Origin: Phoronis australis | Taxonomy: Eukaryota; Animalia; Phoronida | Length of the DNA: 64,000 nt | Direction of reading: 5' to 3' | Assembly: GCA_002633005.1 (NCBI GenBank) | Contig: NMRA01000403.1 | Span: 124,603-188,602, forward strand | Shown: in pieces, positions 50,601 through 61,162 of the stretch | How the letters are laid out: every line of letters begins with the position of its first letter | How positions within the stretch are numbered: position 1 is the stretch's first letter | Made by a program: the position numbers and the translations under genes | Notes under the pieces: generated by a model | Told to the model about the DNA's origin: nothing | The model's database searches: none | Seen by the model: only the letters and a program-made list of their open reading frames with translations

Positions 50601-53600
50601 AAATGTAAGTTCTACGTCTATTTCTTTCCATACCAAATAAGGAGACATGTTTTGCCCTGTGGGAGAAAAAGTTGACGAAGTGACAAGCAGTTGACTGTTT
50701 TTTTTAAATTTGACACTTCTAACGGAAAAATGTGTTGTCATCAACAGAAATTCAAAATCATTATCAGCAAACCACAAAAATACCTGGTGAACATATCAAC
50801 TTCTGTTTCAGTGGCAGAGAGTATGTTTTTCACATTCTATACCACTTAAATCACCTCCCATCTGAGCTTGGAACAAATTAAAACCGGTTTTATGATGTTC
50901 GGTCCAAATCAAAGTTACTTTTTTAATTTTTCAAAACCGATCAACGGTTTTGGAATTAACTAAAATATTCTTGAAGGACGTTTGTGTGTTTCCTTACTTC
51001 CGTACTAAAAATATGTCTCTTTCATGAAGCTTAAAAGGTGATCAAAATTGCATACTCCCACCTTACTGACAAAATTGTTATTTCACTCTAAAAAGATATC
51101 ATTGCCAGACTCTAGTAATGCAATGCAGTCAGTGCTTGATGCTTAGCATAAGGCCAACTCGCTAAATGGGACTGAGCGAAAATCCCATGTTGTTAAGGCA
51201 CTTTTTTTCGCACCCACCACCCATATTTTTCATTTATTTCTTCAGCCCACCACCTGTAAGTTTGAAATGCAATCACCCGTAATTTTTATGCGCCCACATA
51301 TTTATATGTGGACGCATTATGCTGTCATCTCTGTCCGTCCGTGCGGCGTCCGCTGCTCTATCTCCAAAACTCTTTGACATACGTTCATGAAATTCGGCAC
51401 ATATGTTCCATTCATGAATGAGACGGCATGTGCGAAATTTCGGACGGTTCCGACTACCGGTGTGCCCCCTAGTGGCAATTTTATTTTTTTACGCTTACCT
51501 TTGTATCTTCAAAAGTCCTGAACGGATTTTCATGAAATTTGGTATGTAGGCACCTATTAGTGAGATGACGCTATCCTGCCATTTTCAGATGGATTCGACA
51601 TAGTTTGCGCCACCTAGTGGCCATTTTTAGTGTTTTCGAGTNNNNNNNNNNNNNNNNNNNNNNNNNNNNNNNNNNNNNNNNNNNNNNNNNNNNNNNNNNN
51701 NNNNNNNNNNNNNNNNNNNNNNNNNNNNNNNNNNNNNNNNNNNNNNNNNNNNNNNNNNNNNNNNNNNNNNNNNNNNNNNNNNNNNNNNNNNNNNNNNNNN
51801 NNNNNNNNNNNNNNNNNNNNNNNNNNNNNNNNNNNNNNNNNNNNNNNNNNNNNNNNNNNNNNNNNNNNNNNNNNNNNNNNNNNNNNNNNNNNNNNNNNNN
51901 NNNNNNNNNNNNNNNNNNNNNNNNNNNNNNNNNNNNNNNNNNNNNNNNNNNNNNNNNNNNNNNNNNNNNNNNNNNNNNNNNNNNNNNNNNNNNNNNNNNN
52001 NNNNNNNNNNNNNNNNNNNNNNNNNNNNNNNNNNNNNNNNNNNNNNNNNNNNNNNNNNNNNNNNNNNNNNNNNNNNNNNNNNNNNNNNNNNNNNNNNNNN
52101 NNNNNNNNNNNNNNNNNNNNNNNNNNNNNNNNNNNNNNNNNNNNNNNNNNNNNNNNNNNNNNNNNNNNNNNNNNNNNNNNNNNNNNNNNNNNNNNNNNNN
52201 NNNNNNNNNNNNNNNNNNNNNNNNNNNNNNNNNNNNNNNNNNNNNNNNNNNNNNNNNNNNNNNNNNNNNNNNNNNNNNNNNNNNNNNNNNNNNNNNNNNN
52301 NNNNNCGAAATTTAATAAGTGTATTTATATTATGTTAACAACAGACGATGACGAATTTTGGACGGATCTGCCTACCGGTGTGCCCCCTAGTGGCAATTTT
52401 ATTTTTTTACGTTTACCTCCATATCTTCACAAGTTCTTAACGGATTTTCATGAAATTTGGTATGTAGGCACCTATTAGTGCGATGACGCTATCCTCCAGT
52501 TTTCGGATGGATTCGACCTAGTTTGCGACACCCAGTGGCCATTTTTAATGTTTTTTAGTCTGATTTTTGGCGTCCACCCCTCTATCAACCAAACCGCTAT
52601 AAGTATGATTGTGAAAATCAGCATGTATGTTCTTACTACGAAGAGGACGGTTGACGCTGAATTTCCCATGACTTTAATTACTGTGGCGCCTCCTAGTGGC
52701 AGTTTTTTTTTTTGCGGCTATGGCTGTATCTCCCAAACCGTTTGCAGGATCTTTACTAAATTTAGCAAGTGTATTTATGTGATGTTGACAATGGACGATG
52801 ACGACTTTTGGATGATTCTGACTACCGGTATGCCTCTAGTGGCAATTTTAGTATTTTACATTGACCTCTGTATTTTCATAGGTCTTCAGGTGTATACTTT
52901 GTGTTACTTCGTGACTGTAGGAAAAGTTCCAAGTAGAAATTTGTTTCTGGCATTCTAATGCTGTGCTAATCTCGTATGTTGGTAAATTTGTTTTTAATTC
53001 TATGTTTCTGTGGTGCTTTAAGCAACTGGTGTATAGGATGTGCTTGTATTATGAAGATTACTTACATTTTGCCCTTAGCCTATTGAGGAGACAATGACCA
53101 TGCCTTTCCATTTTGCAAAGTACAACATACTACATATCTACATATATGCCCTCTACTGGTCACTTTATGGTACCAATAAACAACCCTAGAAGGATACCGT
53201 ATGCAGTGCAATTGTGGGCGCATTTCAACGCTCTGCGTTGCTCTTGTTTTTGTTGTTCTTGTGGTTGACTGTACAGGCACTGGAGTTTATCTGTTCCTCA
53301 ATAACCACTGACGTTATTCATTACTAAGAAAATATATGTTTCTTATGTATGCTTATTAGCCATCGAGAAATTCGAGTGCCTGTGGTTGACTGGTGTTGTG
53401 TGCATGCCAATGGGGAGATTGGAGGGAGTGAAAAAGACGGAGCTTTTTGCAAGTTGCGTTTTTGTTTTAGTTGTTGATTCTGTGCGGATTGTTTATAAAA
53501 CTTACTGAAATTACCCACCATTAAGCATTTATGGCACAATGAAACAACAATGACCTGTAAATTTTTATTTTTTTGACGTACGACCACCAGCCATTTTAAA

Positions 53601-54330
53601 TTTAAATAAAACACAACCACCCATGAATTTTTGTTACAACTGCCTTCCCCCCTCCCACACAGATTTTACTGTAACAGCCCTAACTCAATTCCTCGTAAGT
53701 AAGCAAGTAAGAAAGTAATTTTTTTATTATAGTGACATGTGTTTAAATGAATTTAAACTTTGAATATGTTACAAACACTGCAGGTGTGCGTTTCACGTAG
53801 GTTAAGACTTTGGCGGATTTTTGCGGAACAGTTCCAATTTCTGTCTGTTTACTTTCTGTTGTAATTTGAGCGCATTTGATGTGTGCCGACTGCTGAGGGT
53901 GGCAATTGCATCGATTTCATGGCATAAACACAAGAATAGTGAACCAAAGGTATTGGATGTAGGAGAAATGTTAAAATTAATGTAAAGGTTGGAAGACACC
54001 GCAAATTTTTGGTGAATTATTGTCTGACTTTGATATTTGCTGTGACGACTTTTAGTGCTTGCCCATCAAACTAGACGATTGACAGCTCTTGCTAATTTGT
54101 TTGTTATGCTGCTTCACATATTAGATTTAGGCTAATGGGCACACGCTTTTTGTGGTCTCTGCTAAAATTATGCCTACTTTAATTTTGTAGTGATATTTGA
54201 GAAAAGAATAGTTGACTACCAAGAAGAGATGTCGGGGGACAGATTCACTGACAATGTTCGAGAATTTGGGAAAAGGGTGAAGAACATTGGCAAGGCAATC
54301 CGACACAAATTCAAGGAAGGGAAGAGTTGA
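28034..54330 (+). CDS. DENND2: DENN domain-containing protein 2 / ST5-like Rab GEF, 16 coding exons, ~1108 aa
   Basis: Exons 28034-29635, 32017-32103, 32852-32966, 34631-34707, 38036-38146, 39300-39443, 41204-41283, 42499-42646, 43407-43523, 44570-44632, 46809-46915, 47668-47845, 48739-48853, 49253-49368, 49903-50029, 54191-54330 splice in frame; DENN motifs LFEYALVV, IPQFCFPD, ETFSFVLT..DG.R.YGYC, FASLLLERRV, LLYPFTWQHTFIPVLP, ETQMF. Confidence 0.92.
29782..31534 (+). mobile_element. Helentron-associated HINE/DINE-1-like element with ~445 bp tandem core repeats (copy A)
   Basis: 5' subTIR gtgcccac, GTCY microsatellite, gctgtatct recurring at ~29852/30305/30745/31195, 3' gtgggcac plus hairpin caacgctccacgttg, T-rich flanks. 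Confidence 0.75.
32017..32103 (+). CDS. DENND2: DENND2-like coding exon 2
   Basis: ttacag|LGLKQKITGLKNFF...AVP|gtaagt, phase 0-0. Confidence 0.8.
32852..32966 (+). CDS. DENND2: DENND2-like coding exon 3
   Basis: tttag|VGLKISRAFSVLRK...GAS|gtacgt, phase 0-1. Confidence 0.8.
33848..33931. repeat. 26 bp minisatellite, 3 perfect copies
   Basis: aaattgactgactcccacaatccctc x3. Confidence 0.95.
34631..34707 (+). CDS. DENND2: DENND2-like coding exon 4
   Basis: ggcag|(V)ESESLVDEEEQKKRLKYVASVREKN|gtaagt, phase 1-0. Confidence 0.82.
35850..35977. repeat. 63 bp perfect tandem duplication
   Basis: tctgaatgcatgagcctc...gatttacac twice. Confidence 0.95.
38036..38146 (+). CDS. DENND2: DENND2-like coding exon 5 (possible cassette exon)
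   Basis: Open 37 codons TKSSNNDTTVRKKRFSEAKEE...ENW, weak AAG acceptor, donor TGG|GTAAAG, phase 0-0. Confidence 0.5.
39300..39443 (+). CDS. DENND2: DENND2-like coding exon 6 (uDENN start)
   Basis: tttcag|YMTLEAL...QLFEYALVVGL...KFPPQ|gtaaac. Confidence 0.9.
41204..41283 (+). CDS. DENND2: DENND2-like coding exon 7
   Basis: tatag|VKDDNAAIPQFCFPDATEWRP...|gtaagg. Confidence 0.92.
42499..42646 (+). CDS. DENND2: DENND2-like coding exon 8
   Basis: tttcag|ETFSFVLTNIDGTRLYGYCLRLLP...LPEVYCIIS...LQ|gtatag. Confidence 0.93.
43407..43523 (+). CDS. DENND2: DENND2-like coding exon 9
   Basis: tatag|VLDEIERRR...PLPSSGKYVHIT|gtaagt. Confidence 0.92.
44570..44632 (+). CDS. DENND2: DENND2-like coding exon 10
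   Basis: tatag|TPASQPSVLTLKREADFRLED|gtaaga. Confidence 0.85.
45290..46150 (+). repeat. CT-rich polypyrimidine low-complexity tract
   Basis: ~850 bp dominated by C/T on the plus strand; Pro/Ser/Leu ORFs in all frames are artefacts. Confidence 0.9.
46809..46915 (+). CDS. DENND2: DENND2-like coding exon 11
   Basis: tgcag|VDFETVLNKLG...FASLLLERRVLFTASKL|gtattt. Confidence 0.93.
47668..47845 (+). CDS. DENND2: DENND2-like coding exon 12
   Basis: ccag|TLSACIHALVALLYPFTWQHTFIPVLP...CSPTPYIIG...PMEE|gtaaga. Confidence 0.95.
48739..48853 (+). CDS. DENND2: DENND2-like coding exon 13
   Basis: gtag|VLIVDIDHGELLQGMGDEDTLIPRKLQKAL...|gtcagt. Confidence 0.92.
49253..49368 (+). CDS. DENND2: DENND2-like coding exon 14
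   Basis: ttcag|SENRNLVISEAFMRLFVETIGCY...VFQ|gtaact. Confidence 0.92.
49903..50029 (+). CDS. DENND2: DENND2-like coding exon 15 (dDENN)
   Basis: tacag|RDCFIKSIRSKSLRMFVEWFCETQMFEVF...|gtattg. Confidence 0.92.
51283..53247 (+). mobile_element. HINE/DINE-1-like element copy B (contains assembly gap)
   Basis: 5' hairpin gcgcccacatat-tt-atatgtggacgc, GTCC repeats, same core repeats as copy A, 3' gtgggcgc plus hairpin caacgctctgcgttg. Confidence 0.78.
51642..52305. other. Assembly gap (N run)
   Basis: Run of n inside the tandem core of HINE copy B. Confidence 0.99.
54191..54330 (+). CDS. DENND2: DENND2-like last coding exon
   Basis: tgtag|(V)IFEKRIVDYQEE...FGKRVKNIGKAIRHKFKEGKS-TGA, phase 1 matches preceding exon; AU-rich 3'UTR follows. 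Confidence 0.88.
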
Positions 54331-55838
54331 TGACTAACTGATGTTGTTAAGTCTTGGTCAGTGTTGTCTGTTTTGGCCTTGAAGTGGTCAACTGACTACT
54401 GAGTAGAGGTGCAATGTATTGGAATTGGTTTCGCCATTAATTGTACATATTTCTCGAGTCAGTTTTGTTGCAGCACTTATGATATACTGTAGCACTACAT
54501 GCAATCAGCAGTGAATTATTATTCTTGTTTTCAGAAGTTGTAAATGAAGTACAGGTCCAACGTATATATTGCAATGTCCTTTTGATTAATAATTAACATA
54601 TTTATTGTTGGCTGTGTTATAATTTTGTTATTCTGCAGATGTGTTCTTTGATATTCAGAACATTTAGGCCAAGACTCTAGTCATCAAATAAATTGAGGAG
54701 TTTATCATTTTGCAGTTTTAAAGCGCAGGATAAGTTGTTACAAGATTATGAATTTAGCACTCTAATTTTTATGGCCTGTGGTCAAACTTCTAAATGTTGT
54801 TTGACTGTACTCTGATGAAGTACTTAGTCATGGTAACAGATTGGCAATTAATCTGCCAATAATTTGAACTTACTGTTATTTAAAATTAATAATTATTTCA
54901 GTTCACTAGATATTGATACCATGCAGAATGATGGAATTTTTTTCTCGTTTCTCTTCTCCATCTTCCAGCTGATTTTTTTGATTTTATTTTTTTATACGTT
55001 ATAATTTTATTTATTTGTTGATCACACAAAATTTTCAAATACCAATTTCCCTAGAATGGAAATGGACATTGGTGTATTTTAAACAAAGACAGTACGGATT
55101 TACTGGTCTAGCATATGTCCAAGACATCTCATGGTAAAATTATGAAGTCTGTGGCAACGTGTCTTAAATGGGATCCACCGTTCTTTTTTTCTCTATTAAA
55201 CAAATGCCCGATTTATATGTCCAACCTTGAGTTGACAATTTTGTTTGTTGTTTGATAAAAATTATTACGCATACAACATGTAGGAAAAAATTGTTTTGGA
55301 ATGGTGGATGACATGTTACGATTAGGGTTTAATATTAACTGTAATCAAAAGAAATTTCTTTAAGTTTAATATTGCAGTGACCAAATTTTATGGCTTTCAA
55401 GTTACAAAAGTATCACTTGAATTACATAAGTCTCAATTTTGCTGTTGTCTGTATTTTGCTGAACCTTTCAGAAATCTGAGATACCCACTTTGTTCACTGT
55501 ACTGTTTAGGCACTGTGTATATTTATTTCAATTATTTTTGTTGTTTCATTTCATAGCAGCTGTAATTTGCCACTATTGAATGTTATCAGCTACAGATATG
55601 AGGAAATATTAACAGAGTGTAAATGAATTGATCAAATGCCTGTTTATTTCACCACCTACGTGTACCATGTGTTCTTGTCTCAAAAACGACCTTTTCTCAA
55701 TATTCAGTTATAAGCGTGTTACAGGAGTAAAATCGAGCAGGAAGTTACACTGTTAGTTTCTTTGTGAGGAATAGCGGGTGATTAATTACATTCCCCAAGT
55801 AAATTTGACTGGATTCTTTGGACGAGATTAATGCAGTT

Positions 55839-56804
55839 CTAATGTGTTTTTTCCTCCAACTCTAGTAACTGACAAAATACTCTGTAGTCCTCAACACTTA
55901 AATTGGCCACTTTCTCTGCAAAATGGTGGTCAGAAGAGTCGACGATAGACTTAAGAGGTGGGTTCTCAATCTTGCACCGTCCTTTGGAATCTGGCTTCAT
56001 GAAGAGTCCAGCTCTTTCCAACAGCTGGTGGCGAGCTCGGATGTGACCGACAGGATAACTCAGTAGCTTTGTTTTGACAATTTCATTTTGGTGAAATCCC
56101 ATTACGAAGTGAGCATAGTGAAACTTGAACTGAAGTTTCTCCCACGGCTCGAACAACAGTCTGGGCATTTTCCTAATACACAGCAGAGACTGTTGATTGC
56201 TGAACAGCTGTTTTAAACAGCTCAAATGTTTCCTAACTTGATGAGCAGGCAATTCCAAAACTTGTGGGCATCTTGTCACAATACACTTCAGTTGCTCATT
56301 ATCAAAGCCACAACAGAGTAGCGATTCAAACCAGTCTGCAACAGTTACAAGACTAATACCAATAATTTGAGGTAAACCAGTAACAATTTTTACTGTTTCC
56401 TCAGTTGAAAAGCCATAGCTATGTAGAAGTTCAAATAATTGCTTAGCATCATCTGCACAGCAGACTGCAAGCTGTGGTACAGAGTCGATCAGTTCTTCGA
56501 TTTGTTTTTCAGTATACTTGGCATTGAGAAGGAAACTCGCTAACTCTGTCGGCGTGTTCACACCTGCACTGCTTGTTGCCAATCTATTTATAAGTTGTTC
56601 ACCTATTGGTATCACCTGAGCAGACTTAGAACCAAATAGGACAAATAACTGTGGCGCAAAATATTCAGCAGCACAAGTGAATGAACGATAACAGTAGATA
56701 CGAAAATGGATCTCATTTCTCGTCAACTGACTGCATATCCTTGAGAGACAGCCATGACCCAACGTATTGTTCAGCCAGCGTGGCAGTAGTGGGATACCAT
56801 TCAT
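55839..56804 (-). CDS. MTERF4: Mitochondrial transcription termination factor 4 (mTERF family), 321 aa, one coding exon
   Basis: Acceptor ttttcttttcag at 56826, ATG at 56804; Arg-rich presequence-like N-terminus, mTERF repeats, C-terminal HIRARHQLLERAG...PDSKG...NPPLKSIV...SVEDYRVF typical of MTERF4; AATAAA on minus at ~55643. Confidence 0.85.
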   Translation of the reverse strand: MNGIPLLPRWLNNTLGHGCLSRICSQLTRNEIHFRIYCYRSFTCAAEYFAPQLFVLFGSKSAQVIPIGEQLINRLATSSAGVNTPTELASFLLNAKYTEKQIEELIDSVPQLAVCCADDAKQLFELLHSYGFSTEETVKIVTGLPQIIGISLVTVADWFESLLCCGFDNEQLKCIVTRCPQVLELPAHQVRKHLSCLKQLFSNQQSLLCIRKMPRLLFEPWEKLQFKFHYAHFVMGFHQNEIVKTKLLSYPVGHIRARHQLLERAGLFMKPDSKGRCKIENPPLKSIVDSSDHHFAEKVANLSVEDYRVFCQLLELEEKTH

Positions 56805-57383
56805 GTCGGACCAGGAAACCAAACGCTGAAAAGAAAACCAGGATACATTAATAATATAATTGCACACATATGTCCCAGTTTAATGGGAAAACTTGTGCAC
56901 TCATCTAGTTTAACACCCACGTTTGGCTTTATGACCAGCCCTGTAAATTCCAACTTTTCACTTGACTTGTTGTAAACTGATTTAGATTGTCTCTGTTAAA
57001 TTTGACTAAGTGAAATGAGGTCATGGACGTCGCCACGAGTCACTACATCTCACAATTAACGGTCAACATTGAATTCTTACCAGCTGGGATTTGAACAACC
57101 AGTCAACACAGCCCCTGCACTTTTACATGTATGTCTGGCTTATTTTATTTAGGGATTACAGACCAGAGATGAGTGCCAGTGATAGCATAGCCAACAAAAA
57201 CTTTTGTCTGTAGTGTAAGCCATATACAAAGAAATGAACCCTGCTGTAACAATTCATCTCTTTCAGTCTTAAAATGACAAAATGGGGGGGGGGGCGATTC
57301 TACTTCATCAAACTCTAGCATTCCCTGGGGCCCCAAATTTCAGATTTCTTCTGATTGCTACCATTTCTGCTCATCACCACACC

Positions 57384-57703
57384 TGGGCCCGGTCTCCAAT
57401 CTCCGTACTCAGACTCATACTCATACTCGAGATTTCATACTCAAAATCGTGCTCACTGGAGTCGTACTCAAAAAAGCGTATCTAATGTCTTATTTCGAGT
57501 AGACTCCAAACGTACTCAAATCTGACACTCATACTCGAGTTGCTATGGAACTCTTTNACTGAGTACGTGCTCGAAATTTCGAGTACAGATTTTTCGAGTA
57601 TGACATTGAATACACCAAAGCTGAGTCTGTACTCGAGTTGAGTATGAAGTGTGAGTTTGAGCATGATTCGAGTCTGAGTACGGAGATTGGAGACCGGGCC
57701 CTG
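57384..57703. mobile_element. Palindromic MITE with internal (TACTC)-rich repeats
   Basis: gggcccggtctccaatctccgtactcagactc...gagtctgagtacggagattggagaccgggccc; relative at ~61760-62157. Confidence 0.75.
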
Positions 57704-58677
57704 GTCGTCACTAATTCCACAATCCCTGCCACAGGTGAGTGAAAACCCCAAGAGCCAGCCATCAGAAACTTGAGTAAACGTGCTTTAACAAAATTTGATG
57801 GAGTGAAAATGAGGTCCAAGGTCAAGACTCAAGTCTATTCAATTCGGATCTAGAGTAGAAATGCTTAGCGTGATGCTTTGAATGTATACTTTGAAAGGGT
57901 GCGAATCTGGGAAACGTTTGGGGTTGTTTTAAATTCCCTAGAGTTAAAATGTGGGTAGCTGAGTTTCTAGTGGCTGGGGGCCTAAATGATATACAGGGTG
58001 TCCCAAACATGGAATTCGCACTTCAGTACAATGCCCACAGTTCAAATTCAGTTCTTACAGATCAGACTCTGTACCAGGGTCTACTGTACATGGTGTTACA
58101 CCTAGCTGAGAAATTACCGTAAAACAATGATATTCGACCCACTTGCCGCATTGAACGCTAAAAAAAAGTTTTTTTCACTTTCAAACAAAGCAAAGTGGCA
58201 GATCTCAACTGCTTTCATTATCGTTGAATCAGCTTCTTTTACTGAGTGGCCATCTTCTCCACATGACAATAGGCTGTGGCTAAAGAGGCAATGTTGGCTG
58301 TGCATCCAGATCACACTATGCACAAGGTGTTCTATATGATCGGGACAAGACCTCATACACTCTAGCTGGCATGAGTAGTGCAAAAATGGCCAGTTGGCCA
58401 ACTGAATAAAGGACTGAAAGATTGATTACAGGAGTATTTGTACAAGTTGGAAGGAATTTAAGACACGAACACATGGGCGGCGCAGCACTGAAAAAAGTGG
58501 GGGGTAATAGCCCCCAGCCCCCCTGTGGTGCACCAGCTCCGTTAGACCCCAAAATTTCACACAGCCCAGGTAGTTCTGCTCATCACCATGTCGTGAAACC
58601 TATATCAACATCTAGAGCTAATGACAGACAGGGTGCATGCAAAATCTGCAGCCAGTCACGAACAGCATGATAACAAA

Positions 58678-60196
58678 AACAAGAGCAACGCAGAGCGTTG
58701 AAATGCGCCCACAATTGCTCCGCAAACGGTATCCTTCTAGGGTTGTTTATTGGTACCATAAAGTGGCCAGTAGAGGGCATATATGTAGTATGTTGTACTT
58801 AGCAAAATGGAAAGGCATGGTCACTGTCTCCGCAATAGGCTAGGGGCAAAATGTGAGTAATCTTCATAATACAAGCACATCCTATACACCAGTTGCTTAA
58901 AGCACCACAGAAACATAGAATTAAAAACAAATTTACCAACATACGAGATTAGCACAGCATTAGAATGCTAGAAACAAATTTCTTCTTGGAACTTTTCCTT
59001 CATAGTCACGAAGTAACACAAAGTATACACCTGAAGACCTATGAAAATACAGAGGTCAATGTAAAATACTAAAATTGCCACTAGAGGCAAATACTAAAAT
59101 TACCACAAGAGGCATACCGGTAGTCAGAATCATCCTAAAGTCGTCATCGTCCGTTGTCAACATCACATAAATACACTTGCTAAATTTAGTAAAGATCCTG
59201 CAAATGGTTTGGGAGATACAGCCATGGGCGCAAAAAAAACAAAACTGCCACTAGGAGGCGCCACAGTAGTCCAAATCGTCTGAAAATCATTGTCAGCTGT
59301 CTTCCTTATAGTAAGCACATACACGGCAATTTTCACAATCATCCTTTGAGCGGTTTGGTTGATAGAGGGGTGGACGCAAAAATACAGACTCAAAAACAGT
59401 AAAAATGGCCACTAGGTGGCGCAAACTATGTTGAATCCATCTGAAAATGGACGGATAGCATCATCTCACTAATAGGTGCCTACATACCAAATTTCATGAA
59501 AATCCTTTCAGGACTTTTGAAGATATGAAGGTAAGCGTAAAAAACTAAAATTGCCACTAGGGGGCACACCGGTAGTCGGATCTGTCCAAAAGTCGTCATC
59601 TTCCGTTGTTAACATCATATAAATATACTTACACACTTTCGTAAAGATCCTGCGAAAGGTTTAGGAGATACAGCCATAGGCGCAAAAAAAAACAAAACTG
59701 CCACTAGGAGGTGCCACAGTAGTGGAAATCGTCGGAAAATCATCGTCAACCGTCCTCTACATAGTAAGCATATACATGCCAATTTTCACAATAATCCTTC
59801 GAGCGGTTTGGTTGATAGAGGGGTGGACGCACAAAAACAGACTCGAAAACACTAAAAATGGCCACTAGGTGGCGCAAACTATGTTAAATCCATCTGAAAA
59901 CGGGAGGATAGCGCCATCTCACTACCATATACATACCAGATTTCATGAAAATCCGTTGAAGATACAAAGGTAAGCGTAAAAAAATTAAAATTGCCACTAG
60001 GGGGCACGCCGGAAGTCGGATCCGTCCGAAAGTTGACATGCCGTCCCATTCATGAATGGAACATGTGCCAATTTTCATGAACCTATGTCAAAGGGTTTTG
60101 GAGATAGAGCAGCGGACGCCGGACGCCGCCCGGACGGACGGACGGACAGAGATGACGGCATAATGCGTCCACATATAAATATGTGGGCGCATAAAA
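58678..60196 (-). mobile_element. HINE/DINE-1-like element copy C, inverted relative to A and B
   Basis: Reverse complement of copy B ends, GGAC microsatellite at ~60113-60150, ~445 bp core repeats. Confidence 0.8.
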
Positions 60197-61105
60197 ATCA
60201 CAAAATAATGTTCAATAATTTGTCCAACCAGTTATCAGATTTCCACTTTCCGTTTGAAAAAATTTAAAAATAATACTATATTTGTTTTTTTCCCTTGAGG
60301 TATTCCTATTTTATGCCAATTTAAAATGGAAAAAGTGTACCTACTGACTTTTCTTAGTTTGCTTTGGTGACTTTAAGGTCAATATCTTCACCAATCAAAA
60401 TGGTTACTTAGTTTTAGAACCAACTATTTGATAGGCCTACTCGCAAATTTAATTAGACAGAATTTTTACCAAAAGTTTTTATACAAATTTACATTTTCTA
60501 CGGAACCATATATTCAATTTAATTTTTTTGCACCGGTCTCGTAAACAGCTTTCTCATGATGTATGCTACATCATAGACAACAGATTCGCAACTCCGGCAT
60601 TTTCTTACGTGCTAGCTAAGAGGCGCCGCCACTCTCCTGACCTTTCTGGTACAGTTTCCGGTTAGTGTATTTTGACGAGAAATGTTTGCATCTACTTTAC
60701 TGTCCAAAACAGCGAAAAAATATTAATTTCGGCATTAAAACGCTTTTCAAAGTCTTTCAAGTGTTGGTATCGTGAGTACTTTTGGCAATGCTACTGGTAA
60801 TTAATTACAAAGTTGAAACTTCGGTGCCGACTGATTATGTCGTCTGCTTGCCCAATAGCAGCATAGTTATCGAACAGTTTGTGATTTACGGTTCACATAG
60901 GCCTACTGAGAAAACAACGACAGCATGTTTGTGCACAAATTTTACCTGTGAATGCAAAAGATACTTATTAACGTTTTTGGTTTAGAAAAATATTAATTTT
61001 TTTCGAATTAAAAAACGTGCCTCTGCAACGATTTGACTTTTTTAACCTTTGCATGTTTATAATTCAACATTATCAAGTGAGCAGTTTTTCTGGGAAGTGT
61101 TGAGT

Positions 61106-61121
61106 GGCCCTTAAAAGGGCC
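61106..61121 (-). terminator. Histone-type 3' stem-loop (downstream copy) followed by HDE-like AGAAAAA at 61085-61091
   Basis: Minus strand AAC GGCCCU UUUA AGGGCC ACUCA fits GGYYYU-UUUH-ARRRCC-ACCCA. Confidence 0.7.
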
Positions 61122-61146
61122 GTTAGTTGCAGGTATAGCGTGAAAT

Positions 61147-61162
61147 GGTTCTTAAAAGAACC
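61147..61162 (-). terminator. Histone-type 3' stem-loop (upstream copy)
   Basis: Minus strand AAC GGUUCU UUUA AGAACC AUUUC fits the same consensus. Confidence 0.65.

Larger units (their letters stand above)
51195..53680. mobile_element. Harbinger-type MITE (family of 19505-20321), left end truncated, split by HINE copy B
   Basis: aggcactttt...cacccatatttttcatttatttc at ~51195-51250 and right TIR ccctcccacacagattttactgtaacagccc at ~53650-53680 match the 19505 element. Confidence 0.6.

Noticed and set aside
51605-52478. Long ORFs in the track here and at 11792-12388
   Set aside because: They run through N gaps
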